From positions 2,604,001-2,668,000 of the forward strand of contig CM035353.1 of assembly GCA_020137815.1 (NCBI GenBank): a stretch of 64,000 nt of DNA, read 5' to 3'. Below the pieces are notes generated by a model, which was given only the letters and a program-made list of their open reading frames with translations, did not search any database and was not told the origin of the DNA. Position numbers and translations under genes: made by a program. Below, one piece after another: positions 55,753-64,000 of the stretch; the first letter of the stretch is position 1; each line of letters starts with the position of its first letter. Source of the stretch: Hormiphora californensis. Its lineage: Eukaryota; Animalia; Ctenophora.

Positions 55753-57305
55753 TATGTTCGCAAAAGGCAAGCTTCCCCTCGTCCGACCCGAAGTTGGAAT
55801 CATATGGGTTTAGTTTGTCGAACCGGCAAGTTGCTAACATTTTCAAATCTTCACTACTTCTCAAATGATCCCATACTTTCAGTCTAATCCCAAAATCCTA
55901 TTAAAAATAGAGACAAAAATAACGGCACCAAACTGTGAAATGCCCTTGCATTAGTGCGAGTATAATAAAATCAATTTTCTATCTAAAGGCCGAGTTTATA
56001 GCAAGAAAGGACTATTTTACAACGAATTCTCTGGTTAGTATGGTAACCAACTCCGTTGTCATGGTAAATCAATCGAACTCTATCGAGTTCTATCGCCAGC
56101 AACTGGATGAAAATTTATCCATTTCATTATGCACAATGCACAGGCTTTGGTTACGAAGTTACCCCTTGCCAGCGTGTGCACGCGAAGGTCGCCCGGCGAC
56201 AGAGTGTGAGGTGTCTTCGATACCAAGCACAGGCTTGTGTAACAAAAAGGGGCGTTTTTATAGCTTATTGTTCATCATAACCTGAAATAAATAATTTTCA
56301 TTACTTTCACAAAGGCTCAAAGTTTGAATATCAAATTTGCCAAAACTGTGCAGGGGCAAATTGGTGCAGGGGCAAAAGTTTTAATTGATTATAATTAATT
56401 AATTAATTAGAAAATCAAAAATCCGGCTCCGTTATGACTCGTAGTTATACTACTAGAACATACATGCAAAGTTTCATTTCGAAATTTCAAACGGTGTGGC
56501 CACAGTTTGAATATCAAAGTTGCAAAAAATGTGCATGGGCAAACAAAATGGTGCAAGGGCACATGTTCAGGGGAAATTTGCACAAATTGTGCAGGGGCAA
56601 ATTTTAATTAATTTGCCTATAATTAATTACCTAATTGATATATTAATCATACGGCTCTTCTAGTACTCGTAGTTATGCTACTAGAACATGCATAGAAAGT
56701 TTCGTGTCAAAATATTAAACGGTGTGGACACAGTTCGATCATAAAATTGGTGCAAGGGCTGCCCTTGCACCATTTGCCCTTGCACATTGCCTGCCCCTGC
56801 ACCAAATTCCATTTTTTGCACGGCTCTAACTAACTAATTAATTAATTTTGACTATTCCCACTTTTCGAACATCATCTTTTATGATTGAAGAACATTCCTA
56901 CAAAGTTTCAAGTCGATATTTTAAGCAGAACGGAAAATAGAATTTGGTGCAAGGGCGCGGTGCAAGGGACAGAACACGCAATGTGCAGGGGCACGGTGCC
57001 CTTGCACCGTTTTTAATTACCTATAATTAATTAATTAATTAAAAATTCAAAAATCCGCCAACGTCATGACACAAAGGAATACTACAAGAACATGCCTACA
57101 AAATTTCAAGTCGATATCTCAAACGGTGTGGCCACAATCGTTGATATGTTTTTTGCCCCCCCCCCCCCCCCCCGAAAAAAGACCTTTCTTTGTTCTTAAT
57201 AGGGCCGGTATTTTTGGGTTTTTGTGCAGGGGCAAAAAAAGTTTTTTTCTTTTTTTCGTTTTTTGCTGTTTTCTTCGGGTCGGAGGTGCCTGCCGGCACC
57301 TAAAT
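55753..57305. mobile_element. Copy 2 of the Helitron/Helentron-like repeat
   Basis: Reverse-complement match to 36658-38553, lacking the 285-bp insertion. Confidence 0.65.
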
Positions 57306-57541
57306 TCGTTTAGATTTCTAAACCCCTATGCCTTTTTTGCAAAAGGCATCCGGGTGAAGTCCTTCGGGCGGGGAAAAAATAGGTGTGGCGCCGCGCTCGT
57401 TAATAACGAAACTTCAGTGTGTGTCACATGGTTATACTCAATTTTTTTCAACTGTTCACCCCTAAAGTCGTGCGTGTCTCCTCCCTTTTTTCTCGCCATT
57501 CCCCTTCCTTTGACTGTATTGTATCCTATACCCGACTAAAT

Positions 57542-58660
57542 AGGGGGGGGGTGACACGTAACACTTTGTAACACTTTGTAACATGTGCAGAAAATTTTTT
57601 GTGCACGTTACATGTTACAAAGTGTTACAAAGTGTTACATATAAGTGTTACATAGTGTTACATAGTGTTACAAAGTGTTACATAGTGTTACAAATTGTTA
57701 CAAAGTGTTACAAATTGTTACAAAGTGTTACAAATTGTTACAAAGTGTTACAAAAAGTGACCAAACAAGAATTATTGCATTATGTATTCATAATGCGGTG
57801 TTTCCCTGCCCCAGATGGGTGTAAAATTGATGACTAAGCTTCAAAACTGGATTTTCCGATGAATTTTGCACTCAAAGAGCAATTTTTGGCTGATACGATG
57901 TTAGTTGCTATGGTATCCAGGGTGGTTGCTATGGTAATCAAAGCAGTTGCTATGGTAACCAAGGTAGTTGCTATGATAACCAAGACAGTTGCTTAGGAGA
58001 CCCTAGTTGGTTACCAAGTGCTTCAACTGTACACTCATCTTAACTCCAGTCACTTACAGTTATTGTATGATAGTAGTTTCATGCTTCAAAGACTTGCTAC
58101 CACGTCATGGTAGTACGGCTGTAGGTTACCCAAAGTGATTTCAGGTGAAAGTAGGAAGTGATACGAGTGAGTTATTGCGCGCCACAGTGCGTGTTAATCA
58201 TTTCCTTTGTTGCATCAACAAAGTGTGAGCTGAAAGTTTTATGAAGGAGCAGACTTTGTTACTATGTGTAACGGTGGACGGACGGACGGACGGACACTTT
58301 TAGTTAACTCCACGATCTGCTGATTTCTAAACCCTGAATGATCTTTTTAGCACGTGCGTGATAAAAAGATCATCCGGGTGAATGCCTTCGGCATTCACCC
58401 GGGCAGGGAAAAAATTTTTTCTAGCGTAAAATACCGAAATAAATTTTACGTATTCGTATTCGGCTGAACCTAAGACACTGTTTCATGGTGTTTTATGCAA
58501 CATATCAGCTCAAAATCGGGTGTACGGACCGGTTTTAAGCCATATAAAATATGTAACACTTTGTAACATTTTGTAACACTTTGTAACATGTGCAGAAAAC
58601 TTTTTGTGCGCGTTACATGTTACAAAGTGTTACAAAGTGTTACGTGTCACCCCCCCCCCT
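57542..58660. mobile_element. TIR element ~100 bp upstream of transporter copy B
   Basis: TIR AGGGGGGGGGTGACACGTAACAC; duplicated TAAATA/AAAT; empty site upstream of copy C (~62286-62310); TGTTACAAAG subrepeats. Confidence 0.82.
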
Positions 58661-58759
58661 AAATAAAATGGTCCACCCACGCATAGTATGCAGGTACATT
58701 GAGAATCTACACTAGTTGTCAATAGTATCTTTTGTATAAGTTGTCAATATATCTGTGCA

Positions 58760-61242
58760 ATGGGTTGGAAGGATATGAAAAGGGCAGTCTTCAATCGGAA
58801 CAACGCAACCATATTGATGATTCAGCTCATCTCTAAAGTGTTCACGGTGTGTCCTATATTCCTTGCCTACTTATTCATTGTTATCGCCGATGATACCTCC
58901 GCGGAAGATCCTATTTTTTACTTTCAGGTGAATTCCTTTGAGTAAAAATGTGTCTGAATTATAAACCATGGTATAGCGGTACTAACACGGTCGCTTGTAG
59001 TGGGAAAACGGTAATGGAAAACGAAGATACAGTAAGACGACGCGCAACCGTGACCAATCAGGGCGCTAGTACGTGCTGACACATGAACTTTTTGCCGCGC
59101 GTTATGCACCGTGCGCGTCTCCTTACTGTATTTTGCGTTACCGTATTTTGACTGCAAGCAGCACTGTAAATCATTAATTTCACAGAAGCTTTCGAAAACA
59201 CTTTGTTTCACATTTCCAGCTATTCATTTAGATATATGTTTATGTTGCGTACTCGTTTTACAATAGATAGATTCCATACACAGGGCTTTGGTCCGGTCAA
59301 TAATTCCAGATTTAATCAACTTTGTTTTTTATCAGTTAAGCACGATAATACTCAACCTTATGCAAATGGTAGTAAACCTATCTCCTCTTACGAATTGGAT
59401 GTTTACTCTCTCTCCCACTGTCTTCTCAGCCTCCATTAGCGCCATCTTTGCAGCTTTATTCTCCACATATGCCTGGGGCATGCAACACCCGGACATAGCT
59501 TCAGAAACTAAACTCATATGGGGTAAGAACTTAAAAACTTATATCGGGAGTTGCACCCCTTGCACCCCAGAGTTGTAAACAACTGTGGCTACTAGCCAGA
59601 ATTTTAATGGCCAGAGATGTAGTGGCCAGACATGTTGTATATATAGTGGCCAGCGATGTGGGTGATCTACCTCATCAGACTTGTCTCCCTCACAGGTTTT
59701 GGAATGTACTGTTCGATTGGTGTTCTAAATATTTTATTTATTTCCTACGATAACCGGCAAACTGCTGTGGGTTTGAGCAAGAGATATGAAGTCAAAGTGG
59801 GTGTCTACAACTCGTCAGATCTTGTCTTAAGGAGTTTCATCATTGCCATTCAAACTATGGTTTTTGGTATGTCCAATGAACATGTACGTGATTTGCTTTT
59901 TGACATTTGGTTATACATTTTCAGTTGCCACAGGGTTACACAAGTCTTATTATGATGACTATTTTACCTTCTTACCATGACTCCTCACTCTTTTACAGGC
60001 TTATTGTATAACCACTGGGAAAACCCAGAAGATGCTGCATTCTATTTGTGCAATCTTCTGGCAATCATAGCTCTCATGTATGCAGCGTTCGCAGCGGTGG
60101 CTTTCCGCGGCCTGGAGGGGGTAAAGAAACCAGAGAAGGAGGAAATGGGCATGATAGAGAAGGCAATCAACCAATTCAAAGTTTTTAAGGTATTTTTGGT
60201 TGTCTTGAATGCATAAGACATTTGGGTATGTAACTAAAATAATTCTTTCAGAACTGTGAAGCGAGGGATATTGCTTTAGCGTTTCAACTGCGAAACCAAA
60301 TATCGTTTGCTCGTTTGAACGGTTCTTTGTTAATCGTTTTCTATATGAGTAAGTAGCGTCCAAATATTACTTCGTAAGTAAATCTGTTATTTGCGTTCAC
60401 TAGTCAGAATATATAAAAGTAAAATGTAGGATGTGTTGTATAATTAATGGGGTCTCTTTTATAGGTATTGGTATGACTAGTGAAACAGTGGGGTACTTTG
60501 TTGCTTCTGTTATGTCCTGTAGAGTATTGGCAGGCATAGCAAATCTATTCAAATACAAGTAAGCCGCTATTCTATCTGTCGGATATGCAACTTACTTAAC
60601 CCCGTTTTCTACTAGATACAATTGGAGAAGATGGGTATTTTCCGCAATGATAATGATAGTGGTGAACGTAGTTGTCAAAATCCTCACCCTTATCAGTAAT
60701 TATATTTCTTGATAGACGATAGTTTCCATAAAAAATCAAGATACATGGTTTCATGATGTTCATATTTCAAAATATTTGTTCCAATGTACAGTTAAATTCC
60801 CATTTCAGGTTTCTGGATTGTCTGGAAAGGTATCCCAATGCTGAATGGCATATCGGACCCTCCTTCCCTTGACTACTTGCCCCTTCCTGTTCTCGTGTAT
60901 CTCGTGTTGAATACTATCCAGGTTATTTTTACCGGTGTAGGAGATCAAATCCTAATGGAGTGCACCCAAACTGAAGTTCCACCTGCTGAGAGGGGATCCG
61001 TTTTCGCCGCCACCAACTTCCTATGCTGTACCTATCTAGTCGTGTACGGGATAATCACTCTACTGCTACCGAATCCAAACCTCATCTACCTTTGTTTGTT
61101 TCTATCAGTACTGTTAGCTGACTTGTGGATTTTGGTACTCGCTTTCAGAGTAAAAAAGAAAGTTGGTGGAAGAACGGTCACCGCTCTGACATTTGAAGTT
61201 GAATCTCTAATGGAGCATCAGTCATCTGCTGACGAGGAATAA
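58760..61242 (+). CDS. Ferroportin-like MFS transporter, copy B
   Basis: Same 8-exon layout and clear protein similarity to copy A (MGWKDMKRAVFNRNNA... to ...HQSSADEE stop). Confidence 0.75.
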
Positions 61243-62173
61243 TTATCAAACAATGTAAGGACCATGGTGCCGATATGACCTGAGTATGTGAATATAATTC
61301 GTAGCAAATTTTTAACAAGTTAGCAAAAAAACAGACTTCCATAGATACAGCACTAACTGACGCACCAGTTACAGATTGATACCCTGATATCAGGGGACGT
61401 TCCCTGATGGCCGGGCATGCGGGAGGGTCTGCGGGAACCATGCTGCATTGCTGCGCGTCAAGTAAATTGAATAGAAAGTAAAGCTGAACTCGCACGTCAG
61501 CACTCACTTTATTCCCAGCCATGCATCCATTGATGCCTGGGAACGAATCTGTAACTGGTCCCTGAAGATGACAATTCTGAAATTTATTGTGCAGCGATGG
61601 CACGCCAGGACATGATATGTCACTATAGTCTACGGTTTTTATCTCCAAATCTACTGTATTTTGCCAACTTTGTTGAATTTTGACAGCTAAACTAGAATTT
61701 AATCTGAATTGATTTTTCACCGAATGAGAAGTCTCAAAACCGCGATCTTCAATTAACTTCGAATACAAAAACCGTGTTTTTCGCAGGTTTAGCTTGACTG
61801 TTCTGCAGTGTGGAATCCGTCATCGGTTGGTGAAATTGGCCAATTGAAGCAGCGAAATTTTACCAGGCGTATCCTCGGCTGTCAGAACTTTGACTACTAT
61901 GGGAAGGACTTGCTTTTCTAGTCCCTGCAGAGGCGCTATTTCCTGACCCTTTTATGTTCAAAATCTGAAAGGAACTAGCTCCAAACGAACCCGGATTTGG
62001 CTTCAAAGACACCCCTCATTTTGGGGCATGGGCAGTGATCCCTAAATTCAATCATGGTGCACAAAAGTCGGCGTCCACTACTTCCACTATGGAACAATCT
62101 CCCAAAATGTGTTAGGGAGGCCTGGAATATCGAAGAACTCAATGTTATTGCTGATAGAACACCAACCAGGGGG

Positions 62174-62222
62174 TTGCCTAGCTAGACCGTGTTAAATGTA
62201 AAGGAGGGTTAGAACATAACAA
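62174..62222 (+). mobile_element. 49-bp mini copy of the TIR-less element
   Basis: TSD CCAGGGGG; same termini. Confidence 0.8.
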
Positions 62223-62426
62223 CCAGGGGGTACTCACTACTCGTGTGTTCATGGGAGGGAACTCTTTCTTAAACTATGCTCTGAGCCCGACCGAATAAAA
62301 TGGTCCACCCACGCATATTATGCGTCGCATAATGGTACATTGAGAATCTACGCCGGGTGTACTGATTGAGTACAAATCTTTTTTGTCAATAGTATCTTTT
62401 GTATAAGTTGTCAATATATCTGTGCA

Positions 62427-63977
62427 ATGGGTTGGAAGGATATGAAAACGGCAGTCTTCAATCGGAACAACGCAACCATATTGATGATTCAGCTCATCTC
62501 TAAAGTGTTCACGGTGTGTCCTATATTCCTTGCCTACTTATTCATTGTTATCGCCGATGATACCTCCGCGGAAGATCCTATTTTTTACTTTCAGGTGAAT
62601 TCTTTTGAGTAAAAATGTGTCTGAATTATAAACCATGGCATAGCGGTACTAAATCAATAATTTCACAGAAGCTTTCGAGAACACTTTGTTTCACATTTTC
62701 AGCTATTCATTTAGATATATGTTTAAGTTGCGTACTCGTTTTACAATAGATAGATTCCATACGCTTTAGTCCGGTCAATAATTCCAGATTTAAACAACTT
62801 TGTTTTTTATCAGTTAAGCACGATAATACTCAGCCTTATGCAAATGGTAGTAAACCTGTCTCCTCTTACGGATTGGATGTTTACTCTCTCGCCCACAGTC
62901 TTCTCTGCCTCCATTAGTGCTCTCATTGCAGCTTTATTTTCCACATATGCCTGGGGCATGCAACACCCGGACATAGCTTCAGAAGCAAAATTCATATGGG
63001 GTAAGAAATAAAAAAACTTATATCGGGAGTACTTCTGGCTACTACAACGTTGGCTAGCTCTAGTAGCCACAGTTGTATACAACGATCTGGCTACCAAAGG
63101 ACTCATTGAAACAGAACACCGTATTAGTATAATTATCGACTCATTAGTTGATAGGTAGCTATAGGTAAACGCATTAATACACACAGTTTAGGTTCGGTGG
63201 ATAAAAAACTGACAAAGTACTGTTATGACTGTCAGGCCAATGCTCTGACCACAGTTCTTGTGCGCTCTGCGTGAAAGAAATGAGAATAGGGTCAGGCCAA
63301 TGTACTACATCATCATGATGGGGTACCCCCGAGATCTTTATTGCAGAGTTGCACCCCAATTGTAGCCAGAGTTGTAAACAACTGTGGCTACTAGCCAGAG
63401 TTGTAGTGGCCAGAGATGTGACCAGAAATGTGGGTGATCTACCTCATCAGACATGTCTCTTTCGCACAGGTTTTGGAATGTACTGTTCGATTGGTGTTCT
63501 AAATATTTTATTTATTTCCTACGATAACCGGCAAACTGCTGTGGGTTTGAGCAAGAGATATGAAGTCAAAGTGGGTGTCTACAACTCGTCAGATCTTGTC
63601 TTAAGGAGTTTCATCATTGCCATTCAAACTATGATTTTTGGTATGTCCATTGGACATTGTCCAATGAACATTTACGTGATTTGTTTTTTGACATTTGATT
63701 ATACATTTTCAGTTGCCATGGGGTTACACAAGTCTTATATAATGACTATTTTTACCTTCTTACCATGACTCCTCACTCTTTTACAGGCTTATTGTATAAC
63801 CACTGGGAAGACCCAGAAGATGCTGCATTCTATTTGTGCAATCTTTTGGCAATCATAGCCCTCATGTATGCAGCGTTCGCAGCGGTGGCTTTCCGCGGCC
63901 TGGAGGGAGTGAAGAAACCAGAAAAGAAGGAAATGGGCATGATGGAGAAGGCAATCAACCAATTCAAAGTTTTTAAG
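62427..63977 (+). CDS. Ferroportin-like MFS transporter, copy C (exons 1-4; continues beyond window)
   Basis: Near-identical to copy B in exons, introns and upstream flank. Confidence 0.75.
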
Positions 63978-64000
63978 GTATTTTTGGTTGTCTTGGAAGA

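Overview
This is intron-rich, AT-rich animal genomic DNA, not prokaryotic. The short-repeat families resemble those I recall from the ctenophore Pleurobrachia (inference, unverified). Hand-splicing with GT-AG sites and phase checks gives six gene models and one extra exon-like ORF: (1) the 3' part of an unknown low-complexity gene (+, 1 to ~5700); (2) an exon-like ORF at 8.6-9.5 kb; (3) a CNBD2-like cyclic-nucleotide-binding-domain gene (+, ~12.1-27.3 kb) with a 7x75-bp coding repeat rich in RRxS motifs; (4) a divergent class I-like PI3-kinase catalytic subunit (-, 31.1 to ~48.1 kb); (5-7) three tandem paralogs of a ferroportin-like MFS transporter (+, 48.2-64 kb) that appear to lack the metal ligands. 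Introns and spacers hold many non-autonomous DNA transposons: foldback/Mutator-like, Kolobok-like, Harbinger-like, Academ-like, Tc1/pogo-like, Helentron-like, and a nearly TIR-less family with 8-bp TSDs. Highlights are an ORF1-only LINE derivative nested in a foldback element, small elements whose TSDs duplicate splice donors, and tandem amplification of splice junctions. Parts of 5-7 kb and 16-25 kb look poorly polished, so gene models there are incomplete.
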